IMG/VR virus record: IMGVR_UViG_3300009149_000020
Coordinates: 18,827-82,826 of that record
Origin: a virus
Length of the DNA stretch: 64,000 nt
Reading direction: 5' to 3' (one strand)
The translations under genes were made by a program, and so were the position numbers. Within the stretch, counting starts at the first letter, position 1. Every line of letters starts with the position of its first letter. Below are positions 9,971-19,486 of this stretch, piece by piece. The notes under the pieces are model-generated. The model was not told where the DNA came from and made no database searches. It saw nothing but the letters and a program-made list of their open reading frames with translations.

Positions 9971-10282
9971 ATGATGGAAGATAACAACTTTTCAGGTTTG
10001 TGTGAAAACTGTGGGGAATGTCTTACCGCAACACTGACTCATATCACGGAAACGGATGATCTGAGTGCGTTCAACATTATGATGAGTCGTAAGAAAAATT
10101 GGTCGTCTGGGTTTGATATTATAAGTAGGCGGTTGTCCATTACTTGTGCTTGCGGTCATCCTGATGTAAATGAAGATGACATTGAGATGTTATTTAATCC
10201 TGGTAAAAAAGGTTGTAGCATAAATGTAATTGTAGTAATTGACAAAACAGGCGCTGTTGATTCATTTTATAAGAATGAATGA
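9971..10282 (+). CDS. Hypothetical Cys-motif protein
   Basis: SD; CENC and CAC motifs. Confidence 0.6.
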   Translation: MMEDNNFSGLCENCGECLTATLTHITETDDLSAFNIMMSRKKNWSSGFDIISRRLSITCACGHPDVNEDDIEMLFNPGKKGCSINVIVVIDKTGAVDSFYKNE

Positions 10283-10554
10283 GGAGGTATGAAATGAATA
10301 CTGATTATCATGGAAAACCTGTACCGGATAATGAAAGTCCTGACAAGATAATAGATGTATGGGAAATTGAACCGTCTCTAGATACGAGCTATGATTATGT
10401 TACTATCCGCAGTTATCAAGATGCTGTAGAATATGCTAAGCAAGTAGTTGAAGAATTGATGGATAACCTGGAACAGGAATTCCCGATTAAGATTGAAATA
10501 AGAAAAGGAGAAATGACTGTCGGTGCATACCTTGAATTGCAGGAGGAGGAATGA
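10279..10554 (+). CDS. Hypothetical protein
   Basis: SD, overlapping stop/start. Confidence 0.6.
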   Translation: MRRYEMNTDYHGKPVPDNESPDKIIDVWEIEPSLDTSYDYVTIRSYQDAVEYAKQVVEELMDNLEQEFPIKIEIRKGEMTVGAYLELQEEE

Positions 10555-10727
10555 TGGACCAACAAACTAAGGAAAGAATTGTGGAGAAAGTTTATGATTG
10601 GTTGATGTCTCAATCTTTTGAAGATTGGCAAGAAACAATTTTTATGGATCATGTGTGTGCGGAAGAAGGCTGTCAGTCACGCGAAGAGATTAAAGAAACA
10701 ATTTCTCGCAAGTTATTCAAAGATTGA
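10554..10727 (+). CDS. Small hypothetical protein (not in ORF track)
   Basis: AGGAGGAGG SD, ATG 10554, 57 aa, fills the gap between genes. Confidence 0.55.
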   Translation: MDQQTKERIVEKVYDWLMSQSFEDWQETIFMDHVCAEEGCQSREEIKETISRKLFKD

Positions 10728-10742
10728 GGTGAGGAGGAATAA

Positions 10743-12017
10743 ATGAAAAGATCTTATAATGATGTACCTTATGACGAGACCCTTGTAACGACAGCCCTTC
10801 ATGTTATTTTTAAAAAGCTATATGATCTCCCAGATAAGAGATTATTTAGAGTAGTATATGCTCGATTCATAGATAAACAAACTCTGAAAGCTATTGCAAA
10901 GAAGGAGAAGCTGTCACATGATAGAATACATCAGTTAGAGTGTAAAGGCTTAAAAAAGGTAGCACCTCTCTTAGCTTATTTCTTTGACGAGTTTACTAAC
11001 GCTGGTCGAAATAGTTACCCGTATGTTTTTAATGGCTCTCAGCCACTGAAGGTGCATGTAAAGTATGTCATACATACATTAGTTTCTAGTGATCCTGTAC
11101 AAGCAAAAGATATAGCTGATTGTATAGGAGCAGGTTGTAAGATACGTGATGACTATATGGAAATCATTGAACATCCTGAACCTATAACAGAGACAACTAC
11201 ATTATTTTCTGATATGTTCCGTGATGGTGTTAGTCATGTACGCGTATCAACTAGACTAATGAATTCTCTTAACGCAGCAGGTATCCAGACAGTTGGTGAC
11301 TTGGTTCAGAAAACAGTGAACGATTTAACGGATCTTAAAGACTTTGGGAGAACGAGTCTTGATGCTGTTCGCTATTTTTTACTAAAGAACAATATTGATT
11401 GCGACCTAACTAAAGCATGCAAAAAAGTAGGCGAGGATGTTGAGATAACACTTGACACCTCTTTAACGCAGGACATGTTAGATAGAAGAGCGATGGGTTG
11501 CTGTAAACTAGGAAATATCCGAACAGTTGGTGACTTAGTTGGAAAGACGCCTAGCGAATTGTACGGACTTAGAAACTTTGGAAGAAAGACTTATAGTATT
11601 ATACAACAGTTCCTTAAGAATAACAATCTTTCTTTAAAAGAAGAGCCTAAGAAAACATACGCACACAAGGAAGGCACGGCAAAAAGAACGCAAAGCATTG
11701 AAGTTGAATCAGAAGCAGGCATGACAAAAATGCTCGATATGGTTCCAAAATGTGAAGAGCGCACTCACTTACACATAGTGCGGGAGGGTGCGAAAGGGGC
11801 AACTGTTACCTGTTCCTGCGAAAGAAACACTTGTAAATTTGATAAAGCTGAGGATAAGCATGGCTCAGGTGATTTAGAAGATTTCTATCGCCAAAGACTT
11901 TCGGAGCTTCGAAAAAAGCAAGACAAAATGATTGAGGACTTAGCAGCGGTAAACACAGAAATAAAAGAAACACAGAAGTCTATCTTAAGCATAGACAACA
12001 GATATGAGGAGGAATAA
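10743..12017 (+). CDS. Sigma70 region-4 HTH fused to two RNA polymerase alpha-CTD domains
   Basis: TLKAIAKKEKLSHDRIHQLECKGLKK (sigma4); STRLMNSLNAAGIQTVGDLV..DFGRTSL and RRAMGCCKLGNIRTVGDLV..RNFGRKT (alpha-CTD). Confidence 0.8.
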   Translation: MKRSYNDVPYDETLVTTALHVIFKKLYDLPDKRLFRVVYARFIDKQTLKAIAKKEKLSHDRIHQLECKGLKKVAPLLAYFFDEFTNAGRNSYPYVFNGSQPLKVHVKYVIHTLVSSDPVQAKDIADCIGAGCKIRDDYMEIIEHPEPITETTTLFSDMFRDGVSHVRVSTRLMNSLNAAGIQTVGDLVQKTVNDLTDLKDFGRTSLDAVRYFLLKNNIDCDLTKACKKVGEDVEITLDTSLTQDMLDRRAMGCCKLGNIRTVGDLVGKTPSELYGLRNFGRKTYSIIQQFLKNNNLSLKEEPKKTYAHKEGTAKRTQSIEVESEAGMTKMLDMVPKCEERTHLHIVREGAKGATVTCSCERNTCKFDKAEDKHGSGDLEDFYRQRLSELRKKQDKMIEDLAAVNTEIKETQKSILSIDNRYEEE

Positions 12018-12280
12018 TGAAATTATTACTTTTTCACAAGATGGCTATTTTGATTATTATTGCTTTTATTGTGCTAATGTTAGGAGCTTATTCTGCTAGA
12101 ACTATTGAGTACATTCAGCAATATGAAATGGAGCAGAAAGTTACAGTAGGTTTTGGCGGCGTAGCCATACTTATCTTGATAGGAGTATTTTTTATGTCTG
12201 CAGACCCTCATGTTAAGAAGTGGACTACAGTATTTATGATTGTTGCAGCAATTATAACGTTTGGCCTTTTATACATGTGA
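12017..12280 (+). CDS. Hypothetical membrane protein
   Basis: Three hydrophobic segments, SD. Confidence 0.65.
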   Translation: MKLLLFHKMAILIIIAFIVLMLGAYSARTIEYIQQYEMEQKVTVGFGGVAILILIGVFFMSADPHVKKWTTVFMIVAAIITFGLLYM

Positions 12281-12291
12281 AGGAGGAATAA

Positions 12292-12480
12292 ATGAAAAAA
12301 CCTAAATGTCAGGTTATAGGAGAGAACGGTAATGTGTTTAACATTATCGCTATAGTGAAAAAAGCGTTGAATGATTCTGGGCAACGTGATAAAGGGCTGG
12401 AGTGGCAGAAACGTGCTATTCAGTCTAAGAGTTATGATGATGTTTTGAACTTGATGCATGAATATGTAGATGTTATTTGA
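12292..12480 (+). CDS. Small conserved phage hypothetical protein
   Basis: KPKCQVIGENGNVFNII...SYDDVL pattern. Confidence 0.7.
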   Translation: MKKPKCQVIGENGNVFNIIAIVKKALNDSGQRDKGLEWQKRAIQSKSYDDVLNLMHEYVDVI

Positions 12481-12489
12481 GGAGGAATA

Positions 12490-12753
12490 ATGTCGAAATT
12501 ATGTACGATTTGTTATTGGAAGAATCTTAGACATGAAATTCTCATACGGAATGAGATTGTAGAGGTGTGTGATATTGATCAGGATGAGCATGATCCTGAC
12601 CACATAGTTTTATTAAAGGTAAAGGATCACTGTAATCAGTTTCTCGATGAGAATGATCCTCTGATACAAGAAACAATTGATGATCGTAAGTATTACTTGG
12701 AAACTGGAAACTTACCCAGTAAGAGGAGGAATAATGGAATACGAAATTATTAG
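12490..12753 (+). CDS. Hypothetical protein
   Basis: SD; Cys-containing ORF. Confidence 0.6.
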   Translation: MSKLCTICYWKNLRHEILIRNEIVEVCDIDQDEHDPDHIVLLKVKDHCNQFLDENDPLIQETIDDRKYYLETGNLPSKRRNNGIRNY

Positions 12754-13057
12754 TGGATATGACTCTGCTGATGTGACACGAAGAGTTACAGAAAAATTAA
12801 ATAAGGGATATTGGACAGTAGGCAATCTGGTTGTAACAGTATCGCCTCATTCTTGCAATCAAAACTTCAAGGGATGTAACATATTATATAGTCAGGCATT
12901 AAAAAGGAAGGTAAGGCGAAGAGTCTTATATCAGGTTGATGCGAAGCCTGCGGCCAAAAAACCTAGGAAGACTCTCCAAGAGCTAGTCGAAGATCGTCAA
13001 GCAGCTAGACAAACGACTGAAACGTTTGTTGAGAAGGTAATAAGGTTTTTTGCTTAA
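12734..13057 (+). CDS. DUF1737-like protein
   Basis: MEYEII...VTEKLNKGY..VG....YSQAL pattern. Confidence 0.6.
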   Translation: MEYEIISGYDSADVTRRVTEKLNKGYWTVGNLVVTVSPHSCNQNFKGCNILYSQALKRKVRRRVLYQVDAKPAAKKPRKTLQELVEDRQAARQTTETFVEKVIRFFA

Positions 13058-13081
13058 ACCAAAAAGAGTAAAGGAGTCGAA

Positions 13082-13300
13082 ATGAAACTTAAAATGCGTT
13101 GCAAGATCTGCGGATGGGTGGGCGCACCTTGTGCTGATGAACACGAAGCCGAACTTGCTTATCAGCGCCACATTGATTCTGGTGATTGCACAGATGTTGA
13201 GAAGCTTACTAATGAGGAGCTTGTTCAGAAGCTTGTTGAAACAGGAGCGGTTGCTAATACGCCAGAAGCGATTGCTAGGGCTTTACGTAGTTTAAACTAA
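13082..13300 (+). CDS. Hypothetical zinc-finger-like protein
   Basis: CKICG...H..C; SD. Confidence 0.6.
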   Translation: MKLKMRCKICGWVGAPCADEHEAELAYQRHIDSGDCTDVEKLTNEELVQKLVETGAVANTPEAIARALRSLN

Positions 13301-13309
13301 GGAGGAACA

Positions 13310-13534
13310 ATGAAAGAAGTTTTAGTAGATATTTTTGATCCCGAAAAGGTTTATGTTTGTATTAGTACTCACGGCACTATCTTCCTGCAAGTATTAACAC
13401 TTACTGAAAATGGCTTGTATATGTGGCGCCCCCTCGTTCTTGACTGTTCCAGTGATGCATGGGCAGAACATCATACTACATTATTGGGTGCTATGGGTGA
13501 TAAACTTGCTTCAGATTATAATCACATATATTAG
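13310..13534 (+). CDS. Hypothetical protein (possibly truncated by a premature TAG)
   Basis: SD; frame continues briefly after TAG. Confidence 0.5.
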   Translation: MKEVLVDIFDPEKVYVCISTHGTIFLQVLTLTENGLYMWRPLVLDCSSDAWAEHHTTLLGAMGDKLASDYNHIY

Positions 13535-13681
13535 TTTATGAATTATTTTATTCAAGGAGAAAATAATGTATAAAGGATGGATAGAAGTTAGTCTTAAAAA
13601 TGAAAATTTTGAGAATAACTTTGATGAGTGGTTGGAGTTATTTTTAAAAGCAAGATACAAATTATTATATTCTGAGGGGGA

Positions 13682-14116
13682 ATGATGGATGAATCAAAAG
13701 AAATATGGATTGCATCAACATTACAAAAATATGACCATATTGGCCCTGACGATCCTGCTACAACATGGTCTGCGACTCTAAGAACTCCCGAATCAAAAAC
13801 ATCTAAAGAAGTGATGTTAACTAATCTAAAAAACTATGAATATGCTTTTATGGCTAAAGAAGCAATCAACTTACTTGAAGAAATTGATGACTTTGAGGAG
13901 TTTATTAATTACATGGATAAAACTTCTGATAGTAATGAGGCAATCGAATATAACGAGGTCTATTGTAACATTCTTATGCCTCATGTAATTACAATTACTT
14001 TATTTATGGGAAATCATTTTGAAGTTCCCTTAGGTGTAGCAATAACTCAGCTAGTTAGGGCTAATGTTTTTGATCTTGATAAAGATGAAAATGTAATTAT
14101 GAGTGATTGTGGATAA
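13682..14116 (+). CDS. Hypothetical protein
   Basis: SD, 144 aa ORF. Confidence 0.65.
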   Translation: MMDESKEIWIASTLQKYDHIGPDDPATTWSATLRTPESKTSKEVMLTNLKNYEYAFMAKEAINLLEEIDDFEEFINYMDKTSDSNEAIEYNEVYCNILMPHVITITLFMGNHFEVPLGVAITQLVRANVFDLDKDENVIMSDCG

Positions 14117-14140
14117 CTAAATAATGTGGAGGAATGATGC

Positions 14141-14353
14141 ATGGGTAGATACGCAGAAACATATATTGAGCATTGTGGTGAATGTGGTGAATGTAGAATA
14201 GGACCTCGCTATATAAAAGATGGGTGGCATGTTAACCCTATTATATGTGGTATAAATGGAAAAGAGATAGCCACCCCAAAAGATGGTGATATTGACCCAG
14301 GAACATACGCTATGGAATTAGCTCATGTGCCCGACTGGTGCCCACTACAATAA
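14141..14353 (+). CDS. Small Cys-rich phage protein
   Basis: CGEC..C...PDWCPL, a common phage small-protein pattern. Confidence 0.65.
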   Translation: MGRYAETYIEHCGECGECRIGPRYIKDGWHVNPIICGINGKEIATPKDGDIDPGTYAMELAHVPDWCPLQ

Positions 14354-14363
14354 GGGAGGAATT

Positions 14364-14618
14364 ATGGAACTGTTAGAAGTTAACGTTGAGGTTATTGCAG
14401 GCGGTCTTTCTTGTGAGCATAACTACCCGTGTCCAGTATATAGTGATAAGCCTGCTGTGTACACTAGCTATGGCTATTTCCAGCCATCATGGGAAGCACA
14501 GAAGGAAGGCTGGAAATTAATCCGAACTACTAACAGGTTTCAGCGATTTATACTGAAATGGTTTTTTAATGATCGACCCATACCTGCTGTAAACAAGGAG
14601 AATAAAACACATGATTAA
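14364..14618 (+). CDS. Hypothetical protein
   Basis: GGGAGG SD before ATG 14364. Confidence 0.6.
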   Translation: MELLEVNVEVIAGGLSCEHNYPCPVYSDKPAVYTSYGYFQPSWEAQKEGWKLIRTTNRFQRFILKWFFNDRPIPAVNKENKTHD

Positions 14619-14883
14619 GGCAAAGGTGTACGATAGTTACGTAGAGTTCGACGAAGATGAAATATATGAGTTCCTCGCAGAAAAGTATGATATAGAGGAT
14701 GAAGATGAGATAGAACGGAAATGGGTGGCTGGAGAAATTACTAAAGAAGATGTATTTGCCGCGGCTAAAAACAGAATAGGCAATATCTATTCTATGCGTG
14801 GTGACTGTCCAGAGGATGATGCTATTCATATCATCGACGTAGAGGACTGGATGAAGATGAAGGAGAATAATGATGGAAAATGA
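14611..14883 (+). CDS. Hypothetical protein (paralogue of 15334-15603)
   Basis: MIKAKV...LA...I.EDE..R N-terminus shared. Confidence 0.65.
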   Translation: MIKAKVYDSYVEFDEDEIYEFLAEKYDIEDEDEIERKWVAGEITKEDVFAAAKNRIGNIYSMRGDCPEDDAIHIIDVEDWMKMKENNDGK

Positions 14884-15118
14884 AATTGAACGGCTGAAGG
14901 TGGAGATTGAAGCAAAAGACAAGCAGATCAAAACATTGAGGAAGTTTGTGGAGGGTCTATCAAAACCTGAGCAATGCCACGAACATAGCAAATGCGAAAG
15001 CTACAACGGTGATGCTGCAACAAATGAAACGATATTGCACGAACAAAGATCAGCATGCCTTGATTGTATATCATTGGCAGCCGAGCAACTACTAGCCGAA
15101 CTCGGCAAGGAGGAATGA
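14870..15118 (+). CDS. Hypothetical coiled-coil/Cys protein
   Basis: SD, overlap with previous gene. Confidence 0.6.
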   Translation: MMENEIERLKVEIEAKDKQIKTLRKFVEGLSKPEQCHEHSKCESYNGDAATNETILHEQRSACLDCISLAAEQLLAELGKEE

Positions 15119-15333
15119 AGAATGAACATGGGATACACTGCGATAAGAGTTGGGGTGCTTAAAATCATAGGCTGTATTTTATTTTTCTCAGGGTGTGCTT
15201 TGGGTTTTTCAGTTTATTGGATTTTAGATAACTAGGAGGGAAAATGGTATCACCAGAATGAACAAATTAAGGTTTCAACGAAAACTCTTAAACAATTAAT
15301 TAATGATATGAAGAGGTTGGTGAAGGAGGAAAA

Positions 15334-15603
15334 ATGATTAAAGCAAAGGTAACCATTTTACTAGAGGAAGACAATGAGAAGCTTGTAAGTAAACTTGCAA
15401 AGGCAAACAACATTTCAGAAGATGAAGTTAAACGAAGATTTAAAACAAAAGAATTTCCCATTAATCATTTAATAGAAGTGGCCAAAACGGTTATCGCAGA
15501 TACCTGCTTCGATACTACCGATGGAACAATACGCCCACTTCATAATGATATAAACATACGTGAAATTACTGGAGTATACAAAGCTCCAGAAAATAATTGT
15601 TAA
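15334..15603 (+). CDS. Hypothetical protein (paralogue of 14611-14883)
   Basis: Shared MIKAKV N-terminus and spacing. Confidence 0.65.
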   Translation: MIKAKVTILLEEDNEKLVSKLAKANNISEDEVKRRFKTKEFPINHLIEVAKTVIADTCFDTTDGTIRPLHNDINIREITGVYKAPENNC

Positions 15604-15612
15604 GGAGACCGA

Positions 15613-16005
15613 ATGAATTGGGAAACTATTGTATGTGTTGCCAAGAGACAAATAGATATGATTCCTTCAATTCTATTTATAATAGGTAATCTTTACTTTG
15701 TTTGGTGTATATGGTCTCTTTCTTTTCCATGTAAAGTACAACCTGACAACGTAAGCGAGCCAGAAGATATAGTAACAGAACCCAAGAAAGAATCAAAAAG
15801 TATAATACCAGAACCCAAGAAAGTATACAAGATAGAAATGCCAGAACTTTCTAAGGCTCCTGAAAAGGTGATCCCTCATCGTTCTTATAATGATCGCAAA
15901 ACTGTCGAAAAAAAGGATGAGAGACTGGATCGGTGGAGAGATGAAGCGGCAGAACGAAGATTACGTAAACGACGAGAACGAGATCGCCAATACTGGGGAT
16001 ATTAA
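15613..16005 (+). CDS. Hypothetical membrane-anchored protein
   Basis: N-terminal hydrophobic helix then charged tail. Confidence 0.6.
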   Translation: MNWETIVCVAKRQIDMIPSILFIIGNLYFVWCIWSLSFPCKVQPDNVSEPEDIVTEPKKESKSIIPEPKKVYKIEMPELSKAPEKVIPHRSYNDRKTVEKKDERLDRWRDEAAERRLRKRRERDRQYWGY

Positions 16006-16017
16006 TAGGAGGAATGA

Positions 16018-16554
16018 ATGGATAACCATCAAGAAGTATGTACTTTAATTGAGAGGAGACTTAATCTATTTGACGAGCTTATGACGGAGAATATTAGCAA
16101 ATTTGTTGAGTTTACTGATACTGTAGAAGTACTTAATAATCTTAGTAAAAAATCAATAAAAGAGTACACTACAAGGATCACTAATGCTACTGATAGAATC
16201 AGTAGCAGATGTTCTAAGGATCCTGTAGTATCAGAAATCGTTAGTATAGCTCTAGGAAATGATGACTTAGGTAAGTCAATGAGAAACGTTTTGATGTGCA
16301 TTATTAATCAAGGATTTAGAAATGATAGTTCTTTAGGGATTTTGGAACTTATAGATAGAGCTTTAAACCATTTGACAGATGAGTACTGTAAATTGATAAT
16401 CAAACAAGTAGAGTTATGTGGTGCAAGAATTTGTACGATATATAGACTTGTGGATCATAAGGATTATGAGCAGTATGAAGGTATTGCGACAAGCGACTTA
16501 ACAATACTGATAAAAGTAGCTAGGATTAATGCACTGGTACCTAAAGTTGAATAG
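16018..16554 (+). CDS. Hypothetical protein
   Basis: SD, 178 aa helical ORF. Confidence 0.65.
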   Translation: MDNHQEVCTLIERRLNLFDELMTENISKFVEFTDTVEVLNNLSKKSIKEYTTRITNATDRISSRCSKDPVVSEIVSIALGNDDLGKSMRNVLMCIINQGFRNDSSLGILELIDRALNHLTDEYCKLIIKQVELCGARICTIYRLVDHKDYEQYEGIATSDLTILIKVARINALVPKVE

Positions 16555-16705
16555 GAGATAAAAATTATGTATTGTAAGAAGAAGTGTCCTCATTTGAAAA
16601 TATCCTTAACTGGTTTTCCTTATTGTATGAAATATGATAATGCAGTTTTACGTCATGATGGAGTTAGAAGCGGAGTCACTTTTATTTAATACAAAGGAGA
16701 ACATT

Positions 16706-19477
16706 ATGAAAAGATTTGCTATTTTATTTCTGTGTTTAGTTCTTGCATTTCCCGTATTTGCAGATAATGGTATTACATGGCTAGGCGTACCGGAAGATTT
16801 TTTAGTAGCTGCCGATTCAGCTGGACAGTCTTCTACAGTTTCTGTTGGTTATCAATTTGACCCGCCATTCTATTCTTCTACAGGCTGGCATATTTCAGTA
16901 TTTACTAATGGTGTACTCAGAACAGGTTTAGAAAAATCAAGTGATTATGGTCATAGTCGAGTGCTTAGTATCAGCGTGACTTATCCTGCTGCAGGGAAAT
17001 CCATTGATAACAGTGTTACTCTCTCAACCTACCCTGAAGGAAGTTTCCCTACCAGCACTTCCACTAAAACATATGATTACACTATCACTACGTTACCCGA
17101 AGAGGAAAATGACACTGATGGCGATGTTGATGCCGATACTGTAAGCACACATCTATATACTGAGGCTAATACTGTATATACATTTGACTGGGATGTAGTT
17201 ATTAATCATGGTACAGATAACTACGATTGGTTTTGTGTATATGTGGATGATACAGACGTTGAAACATTTCGAGAAGCAGGAAGCAACGGAGACGAGGATA
17301 CGCATTCCGGTACTTGGGATTTATTTTTACCTGCGGCGGGTCAGTCGGAAACTCATGTCATTAAGCTTTACGGAGGGAAGTCGGAAGACAGCATTAATGA
17401 CTTACTAGACGACGATGCGTTTACTTTCTCCACTGAAGCTGCTCCTGTAGTTATAACACCTACAACTGTATCTTCTTTCATATTTACTGATGCTATCTAT
17501 CCTTATACATCTGCAGGTAACAGTGTTACAGTATCCTGCACTTTTTCTTATACAAAAGGTAATGATGGTGCTACAAGTTTATTCATTGATGCAAATGGAC
17601 AATCCTATCCATTAGATGCGTCAACGGGTAGCATAACAGTTGACTTAAGTTATCTAGCATCAGATCCTGGAGTAGTAGCGTCATACACAGTGTCATTGAA
17701 TGTAATGGCAGCTACTTCAGTTTTAAAAACATACTCAAGTTCTTTTACACTTACAACAGAAGCAGCTCCTTTGTATAAGACAGTTGAAGAGATTAAAAGC
17801 TATTTATTGTCCATACAAGTAAGCGGCTTTGGTATTTTTGTAGAAGCTCGTCCTCAGTATGACGATGTTGTTTATTTAGCTCCTAAAGCAGTTCCGGGTT
17901 CTTTGTCCACTGTTACATTGTATAATGTAAAAGAAGACGATTTTATTGAAGCATACAAACAACTAGACGCTGAAGGCTTTGATTGCAATATGATGCTAAC
18001 GGATTTAGGTACAGATATTTATATGTATACTGATGCTTACATTCAAGGGCAAAAGGAGATTTTTTACAAAGAACTGCAAAAAACTGCAATTGACTTAGAG
18101 GAAGGGTTAAAAGCATTTTCATTAATTGCTACACTTAGGTGTGGAAATGACGCTCTTGATGCAGCACAGGAGGATACATGTAATGCTTGGTTTGACTCTT
18201 GCTTCTATGTATGGGTTGTGACAAGTACAGCAGCCGGTGTATCTATGACGCCTGTAGTAGGCCTAATGGTAGCTTTTGCAGAATTGCAGGCTTTTGAATT
18301 ACTTGTAGAACGGCCCTTTAATCTTGTAGTTCTTCTTATAGATTCAAGACGTGCTGATGTTTTTATATATGAAACACTTTCTAGTTATATCAAAGGAACA
18401 GATGTTGTATTTGATGCTGATGATAAAGAAGAAGCATTGTACCATCTTAAAACGTTATCAGGTGACGCACTTATGGTCTTGTTAACAGAGTCAGGTATAA
18501 AAGTGCTTCGTTCTATTCCTTTTGTTAGTAAGCTTGAGAATTTTACAGGAAGGATATTTAGCAATGTTGTTAAAAGTAATGCTGCTAAAACAACTTTAAC
18601 AAAACTTGATGACATTGTAAGATGGGTAGGACGAAAGAGTATTTATGCATGGGAAGCAGGACCTAAGCCTTATAGAGATTTTCTTGATTGGATGCTTACA
18701 TGGCAGACTACGAAAACAAAGACATCGTACATGACAAAATATCAAAATATATTTCTAGCTTCTCCTAAAATAAATTCAGCACCTAATATGATATCTTTTG
18801 CTAATCCTGATGATTTTGTTCGTTATATGGATGATATAGTTAAAGCAGGCAATATGGAATTTACAGTTTTTAATGACAAAGTAGCGAAGGGCAGTTTTCT
18901 GGACTCCTTTTTTGGCTCTCTTGCAGAAAAAACTAAAACAGTTTTGCGTGCTACTATTTCAAATAACCCAACTAAAGGATTACATACTACAGCTGATATG
19001 ATGGCTATAATAGATACGCCTACTGGGAAAAGACTTCTTATAATAGAAAATAAGCTTCAACAGAGATTAAGGCAGGCTCTAAATGATGCTATTGTTCAGG
19101 CTACTAGTTACTATAATATAGTAAAGAAAGGCGCACTATCAGGAGATGTTGATGATTTTGCTCCTCTTGTTTTTAAAGACGCCGTAACTAAACAAGTTGA
19201 AGTAACAGCAGAAGAGATTGCTGAATTTGCAGCTAGGGATGCAATTGACTATGTTATTAATGTTGTGGATGACTATGGTAACTTTGTACTTGAGATAATT
19301 CCTACATCTAACCTTGAGGCATTTAGTTCGGGTTTAAGTACATTAGCAGACTTAGCAAACGATTTAAAACTTCGTGCTCCTAAAAGAGTGCCTTCAGTTG
19401 AAGATGTTAAAGCACTTAAAACGCAGTACAATGTTTGTATCGAGCAGCTTAGTTTACTTGCAGAAGATTTGTTATAA
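16706..19477 (+). CDS. Secreted multidomain protein with C-terminal PD-(D/E)XK nuclease-like domain (polymorphic-toxin-like)
   Basis: AAGGAG before ATG 16706; signal peptide MKRFAILFLCLVLAFPVFA; Thr/Ser-rich beta repeats; hydrophobic middle; ADMMAI..LLIIENK..AIVQATSY. Confidence 0.65.
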   Translation: MKRFAILFLCLVLAFPVFADNGITWLGVPEDFLVAADSAGQSSTVSVGYQFDPPFYSSTGWHISVFTNGVLRTGLEKSSDYGHSRVLSISVTYPAAGKSIDNSVTLSTYPEGSFPTSTSTKTYDYTITTLPEEENDTDGDVDADTVSTHLYTEANTVYTFDWDVVINHGTDNYDWFCVYVDDTDVETFREAGSNGDEDTHSGTWDLFLPAAGQSETHVIKLYGGKSEDSINDLLDDDAFTFSTEAAPVVITPTTVSSFIFTDAIYPYTSAGNSVTVSCTFSYTKGNDGATSLFIDANGQSYPLDASTGSITVDLSYLASDPGVVASYTVSLNVMAATSVLKTYSSSFTLTTEAAPLYKTVEEIKSYLLSIQVSGFGIFVEARPQYDDVVYLAPKAVPGSLSTVTLYNVKEDDFIEAYKQLDAEGFDCNMMLTDLGTDIYMYTDAYIQGQKEIFYKELQKTAIDLEEGLKAFSLIATLRCGNDALDAAQEDTCNAWFDSCFYVWVVTSTAAGVSMTPVVGLMVAFAELQAFELLVERPFNLVVLLIDSRRADVFIYETLSSYIKGTDVVFDADDKEEALYHLKTLSGDALMVLLTESGIKVLRSIPFVSKLENFTGRIFSNVVKSNAAKTTLTKLDDIVRWVGRKSIYAWEAGPKPYRDFLDWMLTWQTTKTKTSYMTKYQNIFLASPKINSAPNMISFANPDDFVRYMDDIVKAGNMEFTVFNDKVAKGSFLDSFFGSLAEKTKTVLRATISNNPTKGLHTTADMMAIIDTPTGKRLLIIENKLQQRLRQALNDAIVQATSYYNIVKKGALSGDVDDFAPLVFKDAVTKQVEVTAEEIAEFAARDAIDYVINVVDDYGNFVLEIIPTSNLEAFSSGLSTLADLANDLKLRAPKRVPSVEDVKALKTQYNVCIEQLSLLAEDLL

Positions 19478-19486
19478 GGAGGTGTT

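Noticed and set aside
13310-13573. Possible TAG stop-codon reassignment (frame continues after TAG at 13532)
   Set aside because: Long core genes have no internal TAG, many genes end in TAG followed by an SD, and no suppressor tRNA is present; more likely a single nonsense change
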